A DNA stretch of 64,000 nucleotides from Nitrospirota bacterium. GTDB lineage: Bacteria; Nitrospirota; Thermodesulfovibrionia; Thermodesulfovibrionales; Dissulfurispiraceae. The translations under genes and the position numbers were made by a program. This document shows, one piece after another, positions 28,801 through 38,699 of the stretch; the stretch's first letter is position 1; the number at the start of each line of letters is the position of its first letter. Location of the stretch: positions 384,001 to 448,000 of the forward strand of contig CAWBMP010000002.1 in assembly GCA_963790025.1 (NCBI GenBank), written 5' to 3'. The notes beneath the pieces were generated by a model. That model was not told where the DNA came from, did not search any database, and saw nothing but the letters and a program-made list of their open reading frames with translations.

Positions 28801-29256
28801 TTAGTCTTTTCCCTTCGTAATGTCGTTTTGTTTTTGTTTTTTAGTAAAATCCACTTTGATGACATTGCCAGAGGGTGCGGAAGGGCCCTTGGTGTCGACT
28901 GAACTCTCGATACGGAGGTCCTGAGTCTTACCTGACACGGGTGACACAATGAATTGTGCACCGAGTTCGGGAGAATAGATGGCAGAGATATCATCTAACG
29001 GAATAAAACATTTCTGGGGAGAGGTGCCGAAGACAAGAGTGCCTGTAATACCGTATTCATCCCACTGGAAGTTCATCCTGGAGTTAAGTACAAGGATAAT
29101 ACCGTTTTCTTTTTCCTCCGCGGTAAAGCCACGGTTCCCGAGGACAGCATGCTCGGAATACCTGACTAGCATGAATACTCTGCCTGCGAGATTCAACAAT
29201 TCATAAAAAACATGTTTTTTCAGGCCGTTCACACTAGCCGCTGTCTCCGGGTTCAT
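28801..29256 (-). CDS. SspB-like ClpXP adaptor family protein
   Basis: WDEYGITGTLVFG...CFIPLDDISAIY and C-terminal NVIKVDFTKK. Confidence 0.7.
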   Translation of the reverse strand: MNPETAASVNGLKKHVFYELLNLAGRVFMLVRYSEHAVLGNRGFTAEEKENGIILVLNSRMNFQWDEYGITGTLVFGTSPQKCFIPLDDISAIYSPELGAQFIVSPVSGKTQDLRIESSVDTKGPSAPSGNVIKVDFTKKQKQNDITKGKD

Positions 29257-29310
29257 TACCGCCCCCCTCACTTCACATACCAACCGATAAAAGTATATCA
29301 TAATAAGGCC

Positions 29311-30222
29311 GTGAAAATTCCACCTTTCAGTGATGCTCATATGCATTTCATGCTTGAAGGAAAGCCGTTTACTGCCTTTGAGTTTTCAGGCATAAAAGAC
29401 GCTTATCTCAGTTGCGGGATTTTCTCTTTGAGCGATATGGGACACCAAAGCGGCATAGGCCTGCAGGCAAAGGCGCTTTTCAACTCTGACCCCAAAGGCA
29501 TAAAGGTCAAATCGGCCGGATATGCCATTTACAAGAAAGGGACCTATGGGTCCTTCCTCGGAAAAGGGGTTTCGGACACTTCAGAGATTAAGAGGGCCGT
29601 GGGTGAAATCGCGGACGCGGGCGCCGATTTTCTTAAAGTAATTAATTCCGGAATTGTTTCAGCAAAAGGACGAGGACTGGTAACCGAAGGAGGATTTTCT
29701 CCGGAGGAATTAAGGGTGCTTAACGAAGCCGGCAGGTCAAGAAATCTCAATATGGTCTGCCACGCCAATTCCGATGCGGCGGTGCAAAAAGCCCTTAGTG
29801 CCGGAGCGGTTTCGATTGAGCACGGCTATTTCGTGTCTTATGATACACTGGACAGAATGGCAGCAGAGAACATTGAATGGATACCGACAATATTTGCGCT
29901 CCTCAATCTTGCCGTACTATTTCCGGCTGCTGAACGGGCGCATATAGAAAAGATCGTTGAAGAACATCTTCTGTCAGTCAGTTATGCCGCCTCAGTCGGT
30001 GTGCCATTGCGTATAGGCACCGACAGCGGCTCGAAAGGGGTAGCGCATGGCAGTTCGTTTATTAATGAACTGGAATTATTCAGAAAAGCGGGATTGACTC
30101 CGCAGCAGATTCTTTCCGCAGCGTGCATGGATGAGAGTGAAATTGCGAAGGGCAATTTCATAGAAGTGACCAAGGACTTTAAGCTCAGTGCAGTATATAA
30201 AGAGGGAAAACAAATCATATAG
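29311..30222 (+). CDS. Amidohydrolase-superfamily protein
   Basis: DAHMH, GADFLK, CHAN, SIEHG, GTDSG; GTG start at 29311. Confidence 0.85.
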   Translation: MKIPPFSDAHMHFMLEGKPFTAFEFSGIKDAYLSCGIFSLSDMGHQSGIGLQAKALFNSDPKGIKVKSAGYAIYKKGTYGSFLGKGVSDTSEIKRAVGEIADAGADFLKVINSGIVSAKGRGLVTEGGFSPEELRVLNEAGRSRNLNMVCHANSDAAVQKALSAGAVSIEHGYFVSYDTLDRMAAENIEWIPTIFALLNLAVLFPAAERAHIEKIVEEHLLSVSYAASVGVPLRIGTDSGSKGVAHGSSFINELELFRKAGLTPQQILSAACMDESEIAKGNFIEVTKDFKLSAVYKEGKQII

Positions 30223-30270
30223 ATAGACTTCCCCTATTTAATTTGAAGGCGTCCGGGATCCTTTTTCAAA

Positions 30271-31062
30271 TCAATTGTGAGAGCGCAGATACATGATAAC
30301 CAGGCCTATCAGGAGCATGGAAAGGCTCAGGACCTGCCCCATAGTAAATATGCCTAAAACGTAACCGAGCTGCACATCCGGCTCCCTGAAGAACTCTACA
30401 AAAAATCTGAAGGCCCCATACAACACAACGAAGAGAGAGGCCAGCACCCCGCTTTTATAATTCTTCCTCCGCAAGGTCCATAACACAGTGAATAGTACCA
30501 CTCCCTCGAGAAAGAACTCGTAAAGCTGCGAGGGGTGGCGGGGATCAGGCCCCCCGGAGGGGAATACCATTGCCCAGGGCACATCGCTCACCCTGCCGTA
30601 CAACTCTCCGTTTATGAAATTGCCCAGTCTTCCAAGACCGAGCCCGATAGGAGCAGTAACAATAACAAGGTCTGCGGTGTGCCAGAAATCAAGCCTCAAT
30701 CTTTTGCAGAACAGGAATCCCGCGATAATGCTCCCGATAAGCCCGCCGTGGAAAGACATTCCCCCGTGCCATACGGCAAACGTTTCCAGGGGATGCTGCA
30801 GGTAAAAAGAAAGATTGTAAAATACTACATAGCCCAATCTGGCGCCCAGCAAAAGACCGAGGATGATATATGAATAGAGGGAATCTATATCCTGCGGCTC
30901 GAAAGCCCTGAAGGTCGTATGCGGCGAAGTGTCGTTTTTGATTTGATACTTAACAAGAAGATATGATGATGCAAACCCGACCAGATACATCATCCCGTAC
31001 CACCTGACAGCAAACGGTCCTACTCTTACAATTTCCGGGTTGATAACAGGATATGGGACCAC
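30271..31062 (-). CDS. lgt: Prolipoprotein diacylglyceryl transferase
   Basis: RWYG, GGMSFHGG, GRLGNFINGELYGR, HPSQLYE. Confidence 0.97.
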   Translation of the reverse strand: MVPYPVINPEIVRVGPFAVRWYGMMYLVGFASSYLLVKYQIKNDTSPHTTFRAFEPQDIDSLYSYIILGLLLGARLGYVVFYNLSFYLQHPLETFAVWHGGMSFHGGLIGSIIAGFLFCKRLRLDFWHTADLVIVTAPIGLGLGRLGNFINGELYGRVSDVPWAMVFPSGGPDPRHPSQLYEFFLEGVVLFTVLWTLRRKNYKSGVLASLFVVLYGAFRFFVEFFREPDVQLGYVLGIFTMGQVLSLSMLLIGLVIMYLRSHN

Positions 31063-31097
31063 AAGTGAGCCTCCTCAAGTTAAACTGTTATCATACA

Positions 31098-32699
31098 TTA
31101 TCTTGCCCTCAAATTCACATATTTAGCACTATAGATGCCGTCTATCTTTTGCAATGCCTTAATTATATTGCCGCTTACAGGGTCATCTATATTTAGAATC
31201 ATTATGGATTCACCACCTGCCCGGGCACGGACTTTTCTGCCTACCTGCATCATGGATATATTAATGTTTTCTTTACTCAATAGCGTTGCAACTTGAGCAA
31301 CCATGCCGGGTCTGTCTATGTGAGGCAGAAACAGCATATGCTCCGCAGGCTCGATACTTGTGTAGTAGCCGTTAATTCCAAGTATTCTTGGGATGTCCCT
31401 GCCTATAACGGTCCCTGTCGTCCTGTTTGTTTCTTTATCAGTAGTTAGGACCACTTTTAATAAGCCCGTGTAACTTTCAGAATCTGTTGACGTCGATTTC
31501 TTAAAATGCAGTCCGCTTTTTTGGGCTAAACTGGGAGCGTTCACATAATTGACGCCTTCAACGCTGCACTCCAGGACCCCTTTAGTGACCGCTACCATCA
31601 ATGGAGATATTTCCATCCCTGCCAGTTCGCCGCAGGCGACTATTTCTATTTCCTGCGCTGCGCCGGCTGTAACTTGCCTCACGAGAGACCCAAGGTTTTC
31701 GGCAAGTGCCATATAATGCCTGACCGGTTCGAGTGTTTCAGGCTTCAGAAATGGAATATTAACGGCGCTTCTGGCCGGCAGTCCCTGCGCAATATCACGA
31801 ATCTGCTCGGCAACATCAACGGCAACATTGACCTGGGCTTCTTCTGTGCTGGCCCCCAGGTGCGGCGTAAGGACAACTTTATCCCCCAGCTTTAAAAGTG
31901 GAGACCCTTCGACCGGTTCTTTGTCGAAAACATCTATAGCAGCCATTTCAACCTGGCCGTTCAGTATTGCGTCGGCAAGGTCGGTTTCGTTAATTATTCC
32001 GCCACGGGCGCAGTTGATTATTTTTACGCCTTTTTTCATTTTGGCTATCGTATCTTTATCAATCAAATTAAGGGTATCTTTATTTTTAGGTACATGCATC
32101 GTAATAAAATCGCATGATTTCCATATGTCATCAAGCGATGCGGCATAATGAGCACAAGCCTTTTCCACAATTTCTTTGCCGACAAACGGATCATATACTA
32201 AAACTTTCATGCCCATTGCATTGGCAGTACAAGATACCCTGCTCCCGATTTTCCCAAAGCCGATTACACCTAATGTTTTGTTAAAAATTTCTTTGCCCGT
32301 CAGGCTGGATCTTTCCCATTTGCCTGATTTAATCGAAGCGTCAGCAGCGGGGATGTGCCTCGTCATGGCCAGCATCATGGCCACAGTATGTTCAGCAGCT
32401 GCGACAGTATTGCCTTCAGGAGAGTTAATTACAATAATTCCTTTGTCTGTAGCCGCGTCAATATCGACATTGTCTACACCAACGCCAGCTCTGCCGATTA
32501 CCTTCAGCCTGTCGGCGGCTGCAATAATATCTTCGGTAATTTTTGAAGAACTTCTGATCATTAAAGCATCGTAATCTTTAATGATCGTCTTAAGCTCTTC
32601 AGCGCTGAGAACCGGCTTATAATCAACTTCACAGGTTTCCTCCAAAATTTTCACGGCAATTTCATTAATCTTGTCTGTAACCAATACTTTGTAGCCCAT
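31098..32699 (-). CDS. serA: D-3-phosphoglycerate dehydrogenase (long form with ACT domain)
   Basis: GRAGVGVDN, GFGKIG, NCARGG, TPHLGASTEEAQ, DRPG. Confidence 0.95.
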   Translation of the reverse strand: MGYKVLVTDKINEIAVKILEETCEVDYKPVLSAEELKTIIKDYDALMIRSSSKITEDIIAAADRLKVIGRAGVGVDNVDIDAATDKGIIVINSPEGNTVAAAEHTVAMMLAMTRHIPAADASIKSGKWERSSLTGKEIFNKTLGVIGFGKIGSRVSCTANAMGMKVLVYDPFVGKEIVEKACAHYAASLDDIWKSCDFITMHVPKNKDTLNLIDKDTIAKMKKGVKIINCARGGIINETDLADAILNGQVEMAAIDVFDKEPVEGSPLLKLGDKVVLTPHLGASTEEAQVNVAVDVAEQIRDIAQGLPARSAVNIPFLKPETLEPVRHYMALAENLGSLVRQVTAGAAQEIEIVACGELAGMEISPLMVAVTKGVLECSVEGVNYVNAPSLAQKSGLHFKKSTSTDSESYTGLLKVVLTTDKETNRTTGTVIGRDIPRILGINGYYTSIEPAEHMLFLPHIDRPGMVAQVATLLSKENINISMMQVGRKVRARAGGESIMILNIDDPVSGNIIKALQKIDGIYSAKYVNLRAR

Positions 32700-32773
32700 A
32701 TTTTTCTACCTCCGGGATACCCCTAAAACGCCCTTTGTCATCCGGGCTCGTTCGGATATACTAAATAATTATT

Positions 32774-32812
32774 ATTACAGCAATGTTAAGATGAGATTAA
32801 CGTTTGGTTAAA
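32774..32812 (-). promoter_or_regulatory. Pho-box-like array upstream of serA
   Basis: ATTACA/GTTAAG/ATTAAC/GTTAAA at 32774, 32785, 32796, 32807; TAGTAT 10 nt downstream on the minus strand. Confidence 0.65.
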
Positions 32813-34251
32813 TCGCCGTCATTCCACCAGCCGCCGCCAAGGGCCACAAAGAGGGCAACGGTGTCCTGAAGGCGCTGGGCCAATGCCTGGAGATAACCTA
32901 TCTTGGCCTGAGAATATTGAGCATCTGCAATAAGCATTTGCAAATAGCCGACCGTTCCTGACTGGTAATTTGCCTGCAGTAATCGCATCGTTTCCTCAGC
33001 AGTGCTCAGCGCTTCCGACTGGGATTTCACGGCATCCGCGTCATTTTCCAGTGCCCGCAGGGTGTCGGCAACCTGTTCAAAAGCGCTGAGGACGGTCTGA
33101 CGATAGTTGGCCAGAGATTGATTGTAGGCTTCAATCGCCGCTTCCCGCCTGAACCACAAGGTCCCGCCATGGAAAATTGGAGTAACGACACCTCCTCCCA
33201 GATTCCAGATACCGCTCGAATTTTTGACAAGGTTGCCTAGCGAATTGTTACTCCATCCGTAAGCGCCGCTCAATGTGAAGTCCGGAAACATCGCGGCAGT
33301 GGCCACCCCGATATTGGCGCTCGCACTATGCAGTTGCGCTTCGGCAGCAAGGACATCTGGACGCTGGCGCACCAGATCCGAAGGTAGTGACAGCGGCAGG
33401 TTGCCGGGAAGAGTGATGTCAGCCAAATCTATTTGCGGCAGTGTCCCTTCTGCAGGTAGATGACCCGTGAGGGTGGCAAGCAAGTGATCGGCCTGGCTGA
33501 GTTTTTGTCTCAGAGGCGGGAGAGTCGATTCAGAGGCGGCAAGCTGGCTGCGGAGGCTGAGCACATTTGAATAAGGAACAGTTCCAGCTTGAGCCTGAGT
33601 TTCGGTAATCCCGACCTGTTCCTTCTCGAAACCGATAACTTGGTCAGTAGCTTTCACCTGTTCACGGTAGGCCGCCCGGGCAATAATGGTGTTGACTATA
33701 TTGCCGGACAGAGCAAGATAAGTACCCAGAAACGCATACCGTTGAAAGTCCGCCTGGGCTTCCAAGCTTTCCACTGTACGGTGTTCGCCTCCAAACACAT
33801 CGAGTGTGTAACTGACAGTCGCCTGCAGCGTGTAGAGATTAAAGATGCTGCTCTTGGGGCTGCCGCCGAATCGGGCGAGAGAGGACTTCTGTCGCGATGC
33901 ATCAAACCCGGCATCAACCTGTGGGAGAAAGACGCCGTAACCAGCCCTGAGGTTGTCCTGACTCTGGAGCAAACTTGCCTGCGCCGCCTGCAGGGTTGGA
34001 TTATTGACAATTGCATCTTTAATCACAGTTTCTATCCCGGAGGAGTTAAAAAAGCGCCACCAGTCTGCGGCGATTTTGGCGCCTTGTTCAAAGTGCTGGG
34101 CCTGACCGCCTGCAGGAATTGTCTCGGCAGGCTCTGCACCATTTGTGTAGTGTTCAACCTGCGGCGGTTCGGGACGGACAAAGTCCGGCCCCACAGCACA
34201 TCCGGCTAAAGACAGGCAAAGGCAGATGTAAAGACAAAGGAAACTTTTCAT
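32797..34251 (-). CDS. Outer-membrane efflux lipoprotein (NodT/OprM family)
   Basis: Lipobox LAGC, RPDVLAAE, ALGGGW. Confidence 0.93.
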   Translation of the reverse strand: MKSFLCLYICLCLSLAGCAVGPDFVRPEPPQVEHYTNGAEPAETIPAGGQAQHFEQGAKIAADWWRFFNSSGIETVIKDAIVNNPTLQAAQASLLQSQDNLRAGYGVFLPQVDAGFDASRQKSSLARFGGSPKSSIFNLYTLQATVSYTLDVFGGEHRTVESLEAQADFQRYAFLGTYLALSGNIVNTIIARAAYREQVKATDQVIGFEKEQVGITETQAQAGTVPYSNVLSLRSQLAASESTLPPLRQKLSQADHLLATLTGHLPAEGTLPQIDLADITLPGNLPLSLPSDLVRQRPDVLAAEAQLHSASANIGVATAAMFPDFTLSGAYGWSNNSLGNLVKNSSGIWNLGGGVVTPIFHGGTLWFRREAAIEAYNQSLANYRQTVLSAFEQVADTLRALENDADAVKSQSEALSTAEETMRLLQANYQSGTVGYLQMLIADAQYSQAKIGYLQALAQRLQDTVALFVALGGGWWNDGDLTKR

Positions 34252-35333
34252 TTCTCTCCAATATAAACATCCACGAGCTGCCCGGGATAAAGGTTGATAT
34301 TCCTTGGTTTCTCGAACCTGAATATTACAGGCAACACCCGCACATCCACCCTTTCAGTCCTTTGATTGGACAATTCAACTTTAGGCGATACATATGGCTG
34401 TATCCGAACGTATTCCAGAGGAATGCTGATATTAGTACCCCGTATGAACAATTGCGCATGCATTTGTGACGTGCCCGGCAGTCTGTGTACAAGAATCTCA
34501 TCAATATAGCATCTGACCCCGATATAGTTTTGCGGTCCTCCCATAACAATGACGGGATCGGCACCCTGCGTATAAGTATCATATGCGCCTTGCTGGGAAA
34601 TGTAGCTGCCGACCGCAGCATTTACGGATAGAACCACGCCATCTGCCGGAGCCTTTATGGCGTACTTTTCCAGCAGTGCACTTGAAGCCATGTAGGCTTT
34701 TATCAGCGCATTGTACTGGTTTTCCTGATTTCTTATATCATAAATCCAGGCCCCTGCTTTTGTAAGTTCGTACTGCTTCCGCGCGACTTCGAGATTTGCT
34801 CTAGCAGTTTTGACTGCATTTTCCGCATTATCCAAATCATTTTTGCTCACCGATTTGGGATTCAGTTCGTAAGATTTCCTTAATTTGTCCAACTGGTCCT
34901 GCGAGGTCTTGAGGCCTGCGTCGGCAAACTCCACCTGGGCCACTGCAATTTCAAGGGTTTCTTTTCTTGGTTGGGCCTTCAATTCTTCCAGAAGGGCCTT
35001 GGCAGCTTCGGCTTGTGACTTGAGCTGCTCAGCGGTCGCCCTTTGTACGGAATCATCCATCAGCAGCAGCGGAGTTCCCTGATGCACGCTATCCCCTTCA
35101 GCTACAGGAATTTTTACTACGGTTCCCGGAACTTCAGGGTATATGTTGATATTAGCTCCATGCGTCTGGTAGCTTTCAACAATACCGTTGGCATAGATAC
35201 CCTTTGCATAGGGATTCGAGGCCGGACTGAACACCGGGGGCAGCGGCTTTTTTTCGATGCCGTATATGTATGCGCTCACCAAAGCGACGAAAACACCTAT
35301 AATTGAAAGAGAGAATAATATCTTATTCCTCAC
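34248..35333 (-). CDS. HlyD-family membrane fusion protein
   Basis: N-terminal TM, VAEGDSV lipoyl half, coiled coil, IKAPADG, ERVDVRV. Confidence 0.9.
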   Translation of the reverse strand: MRNKILFSLSIIGVFVALVSAYIYGIEKKPLPPVFSPASNPYAKGIYANGIVESYQTHGANINIYPEVPGTVVKIPVAEGDSVHQGTPLLLMDDSVQRATAEQLKSQAEAAKALLEELKAQPRKETLEIAVAQVEFADAGLKTSQDQLDKLRKSYELNPKSVSKNDLDNAENAVKTARANLEVARKQYELTKAGAWIYDIRNQENQYNALIKAYMASSALLEKYAIKAPADGVVLSVNAAVGSYISQQGAYDTYTQGADPVIVMGGPQNYIGVRCYIDEILVHRLPGTSQMHAQLFIRGTNISIPLEYVRIQPYVSPKVELSNQRTERVDVRVLPVIFRFEKPRNINLYPGQLVDVYIGEK

Positions 35334-36027
35334 GCAATCCTCCTTTTACGATTCCTGTTATCCTGCCGTCAGCCATCTTCATTATCCTGTCCGCATATTC
35401 GAATATCCTGCTATCATGCGTAACAATTATAATGCACCGGTTCTCGTTCAGTATATTTTTTTTTACAAAATCCACAATTCTTCTTCCTGTTTCGCCATCC
35501 AGGGACGCGGTAGGCTCGTCGAAAATCAGGATATCGGGACTGCTGGCTATTGCCCTTGCGATTGCCACCCGTTGCTGCTCCCCACCGCTTAATTTGACCG
35601 GGGGAAGCTGCGCCCGGTCCTTTATCCCCACTATTTCCAGATACTTCATGGCGATGTTTATGGATTCATTCCAGTCCATCCTTTTTAAAATCAGGGGAAT
35701 CGCTGCGTTTTCCACCGTTGTCAGTTTTGGAAAGAGGTGATAATCCTGAAACACGAATCCCACCTTATTCAATCTGAAATCGGCGATCTGGTCGCCGGTA
35801 AAACTCCAGATGTCTTCATCATCCACAATTACAGTCCCCGAATTCGGTCTGAGGATGCCCGATATGATGCTCAACAACGTCGTTTTCCCGCTCCCGGATG
35901 GGCCTTCTATATAAAGCATTTCTCCAAAATAGGCTTCAAAACTGACGTCCCTCACCGCGTAAGTTTTGGCTTCTCCTTCGCCAAACCATTTGACCAGTTC
36001 TTTTGCGCTCACTGCCAGTCTGGGCAT
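35323..36027 (-). CDS. ABC ATP-binding protein (LolD/DevA-like)
   Basis: GPSGSGKT, LSGGEQQR, DEPTASLD, VTHD. Confidence 0.95.
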   Translation of the reverse strand: MPRLAVSAKELVKWFGEGEAKTYAVRDVSFEAYFGEMLYIEGPSGSGKTTLLSIISGILRPNSGTVIVDDEDIWSFTGDQIADFRLNKVGFVFQDYHLFPKLTTVENAAIPLILKRMDWNESINIAMKYLEIVGIKDRAQLPPVKLSGGEQQRVAIARAIASSPDILIFDEPTASLDGETGRRIVDFVKKNILNENRCIIIVTHDSRIFEYADRIMKMADGRITGIVKGGLREE

Positions 36028-36028
36028 A

Positions 36029-37165
36029 TTAACCTCTGAAGATATCGAAAGGCTCTATTTTGATCACTTTTCTCACTCCGATATAACTCGAAATCGCAGC
36101 TATTATCAGTACCATCACAAAAGCAAATGCGAGGCTTGTATAAGCTATCATGGCCGCATAGCTCGGCAACCTGAATTTAGCCAGGGCTATTACAAGGGAG
36201 GCCAGTCCAACTCCCATTCCATAACCAGTGAGTGCAGTAAAAGTCGCCTGGAACAATATCATATAAATAAGTTCCGATCCTTTGGCGCCTATCGCCTTTA
36301 AGGCCCCGAATTTTTCAAGGTTCTCAAGTATGAAGGTATAGAAGGTCTGCCCGCTGATTGACAACCCTACAATAAAACTTATTACAGTCATTATCAGCAC
36401 GTTCATGCCGAGACCTGTCTGGTATTTATAATAAGTCGAAATTTTCCGGATAAATTGATCCTTTGTGAGGGCTTGATAGCCGAGCGCTTTTATCTGCTGT
36501 TGAATGTAGGGTACAGCCGCGATGCTCTTCGGTTCTATAAGGATATATGAAATAGTGAACCTCATCGAAGGAATATACTGAATCGCCCTATTGTACGTGG
36601 TATACAGAGTGGGGGTCCCAAACAGGGAGCCGACACTGACCCGTGCTATTCCGACAATAACACCCCTGTGGTCGTTTATCTCAAATTCAGTTCCTAGCCC
36701 GGGGTTCCCCAGTTTGGGATATTCCGAATCCTTGACCACAATAAATGAATTTTCGGCATAGATGTCCTCGATGTGTCCCTGAAGCAGGCCCGGTCTGCCA
36801 AACAGACTTGCATCATCCAGCCCTATGACAGTTACTGCCTGATAATCGCCGCTCCGAAGTTTCACAAGGCCTGCACCGGAATACAAAGGCACAGCATATT
36901 TGACTCCGTTGATGCTCCGTACCGCGTCCAGTACATAATCCGGCATCGGGATGCTGTTAGCCGGAGTATTTACTGCAGGGTCCATTACCCACACCTTGGC
37001 CCCTACATTAACGACTGTGGCTGATGCCCTGTGCAATATACCTGCGAACATCGATGTCATCATAACCATCAAAAAGACAGCAAAGGTTATTCCGACAAGC
37101 AGTGCCGCGAATTTCCCTCTGTCGTTTACGAGCAGTTTATATGCAATTTTGAGGATTCCCTTCAT
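36029..37165 (-). CDS. ABC permease (FtsX/MacB/DevC-like)
   Basis: 1+3 TM layout; FGALKAIGA. Confidence 0.9.
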   Translation of the reverse strand: MKGILKIAYKLLVNDRGKFAALLVGITFAVFLMVMMTSMFAGILHRASATVVNVGAKVWVMDPAVNTPANSIPMPDYVLDAVRSINGVKYAVPLYSGAGLVKLRSGDYQAVTVIGLDDASLFGRPGLLQGHIEDIYAENSFIVVKDSEYPKLGNPGLGTEFEINDHRGVIVGIARVSVGSLFGTPTLYTTYNRAIQYIPSMRFTISYILIEPKSIAAVPYIQQQIKALGYQALTKDQFIRKISTYYKYQTGLGMNVLIMTVISFIVGLSISGQTFYTFILENLEKFGALKAIGAKGSELIYMILFQATFTALTGYGMGVGLASLVIALAKFRLPSYAAMIAYTSLAFAFVMVLIIAAISSYIGVRKVIKIEPFDIFRG

Positions 37166-37247
37166 ACGGCTTCACCCCTCTGCATCACGTGCTCATCTGC
37201 AAATACAAGCTTACAACATAGTGGAAATAAAAAACACAGTGCTATTA

Positions 37248-38699
37248 TTATTTTTTCTCGAGGACGGCATTTGCCGGTACGTATTCCCAACCGCCCCCCA
37301 GGGCCTTGTAAAGGGCGATGAGATCAATTATGATGTTGCGCTCGCTTTGAACCAATGCGTCTTCCGAGGCGTAAAGTGAGCGCTGGGCATCGAGCACATT
37401 CAAAAAAGGAATTTGGCCTTCGGTGTAAAGCTGGAGCGACAAGTCCACGGCCTTGCGGTTGGCTGCTACGGCATCTCTAAGAGATTTGCGGTGTTCCTGT
37501 TCCTTTGCAAACGCAATTAGCGCATTTTCGACATCCTGAAATGCTGTCAGGACTGTTTTCTGGTATGTGATGAACGATTGGTCGCGCAGCGCTTCCTGCA
37601 AGCGAACGTTGGACACAATAGCGCCCCCCTGGAAAACCGGCCAATTCAGTGATGGGCCGAAAGAGAACGAACGGTTAGCATCGCTCCACCATGTGTGAAG
37701 CAGGTTGCTATGCCAGTTCACAGTGCCGGTCAGCGAAAAAGAAGGAAAGAGCTGCGCAACGGCAACACCGATTTCGGCTGTGGCGGCATGGAGTTGCGCT
37801 TCGGCTTCACGGATGTCAGGCCGGCGGCGCAGCAATTCTGACGGAAGCCCGGCAGGGATTTTAGCGGGGACCACTGGCAGACTGCCTGTGAGCGATAATT
37901 TCTCAAGCAAATCGGCAGGTGGCCGCGCTAGCAGCACGCTCAAAGAATAAATGGATTGCTGAGCTGCTGTTTCAAAGACCGGGATTTGAGACTCCGTGGT
38001 AGCAACGTTAGAGTCGGCGTTGGCAACATCGAGCGCACTGTCGAAGCCCACACTGAATAGTTTACGGGTAATTTCAGCTGTGTGCTGCTGGGCTTTAAGG
38101 TTATCTTGCGCAGTCACTATCTCCTGTTGGTAACCGCGTAGTTGAATATAATCAAGCGCTACTTCGGCAATGAGGCTGACCTGCACATCCCGGATGTTTT
38201 CGACAGCGGTCTGGATGTTGGCGTTGGCCGATTCTATATTGCGGCGAATGCCGCCGAACAGATCAAGTTCCCACACAGCATCCACTCCTGACTGGTAAAG
38301 GTCCTGCTGTTGATTATCAGGAGTGATCCCGGCCGTGTGGATCCTCTGGTAACTTCCGGCGGCGATAACGGACGGCCACAAGCCTCCTATTGCGATACCA
38401 CTCAAGGCGCGCGCCTGGCGCAACCGGGCCCCAGCGATCTGCAAGTCGAGGTTCGCCTTCACCGCTTCCCCGACTAGTTCGTTCAGTATTGGATCGTTGA
38501 ACTGACACCACCACTGAGTGAGTTCAGCCGGCAGCGCAGTGGCCACTGATGGTTCATTCGGTATCTTCGACACGCCCGCCCACGCAGCGGGGGCTGCCAT
38601 CTGCGGCGGACGAAACTCCGGACCCACCATGCAACCGCTGATTATAAGCAAGGACAAACCGGCGGCAATCAGGACTGGAAGAGAAGCTGTCTTACTCAT
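37248..38699 (-). CDS. Outer-membrane efflux lipoprotein (NodT/OprM family)
   Basis: ISGC lipobox, WELDLFG, RRPDIREAE, ALGGGW; start at ATG 38699. Confidence 0.93.
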   Translation of the reverse strand: MSKTASLPVLIAAGLSLLIISGCMVGPEFRPPQMAAPAAWAGVSKIPNEPSVATALPAELTQWWCQFNDPILNELVGEAVKANLDLQIAGARLRQARALSGIAIGGLWPSVIAAGSYQRIHTAGITPDNQQQDLYQSGVDAVWELDLFGGIRRNIESANANIQTAVENIRDVQVSLIAEVALDYIQLRGYQQEIVTAQDNLKAQQHTAEITRKLFSVGFDSALDVANADSNVATTESQIPVFETAAQQSIYSLSVLLARPPADLLEKLSLTGSLPVVPAKIPAGLPSELLRRRPDIREAEAQLHAATAEIGVAVAQLFPSFSLTGTVNWHSNLLHTWWSDANRSFSFGPSLNWPVFQGGAIVSNVRLQEALRDQSFITYQKTVLTAFQDVENALIAFAKEQEHRKSLRDAVAANRKAVDLSLQLYTEGQIPFLNVLDAQRSLYASEDALVQSERNIIIDLIALYKALGGGWEYVPANAVLEKK

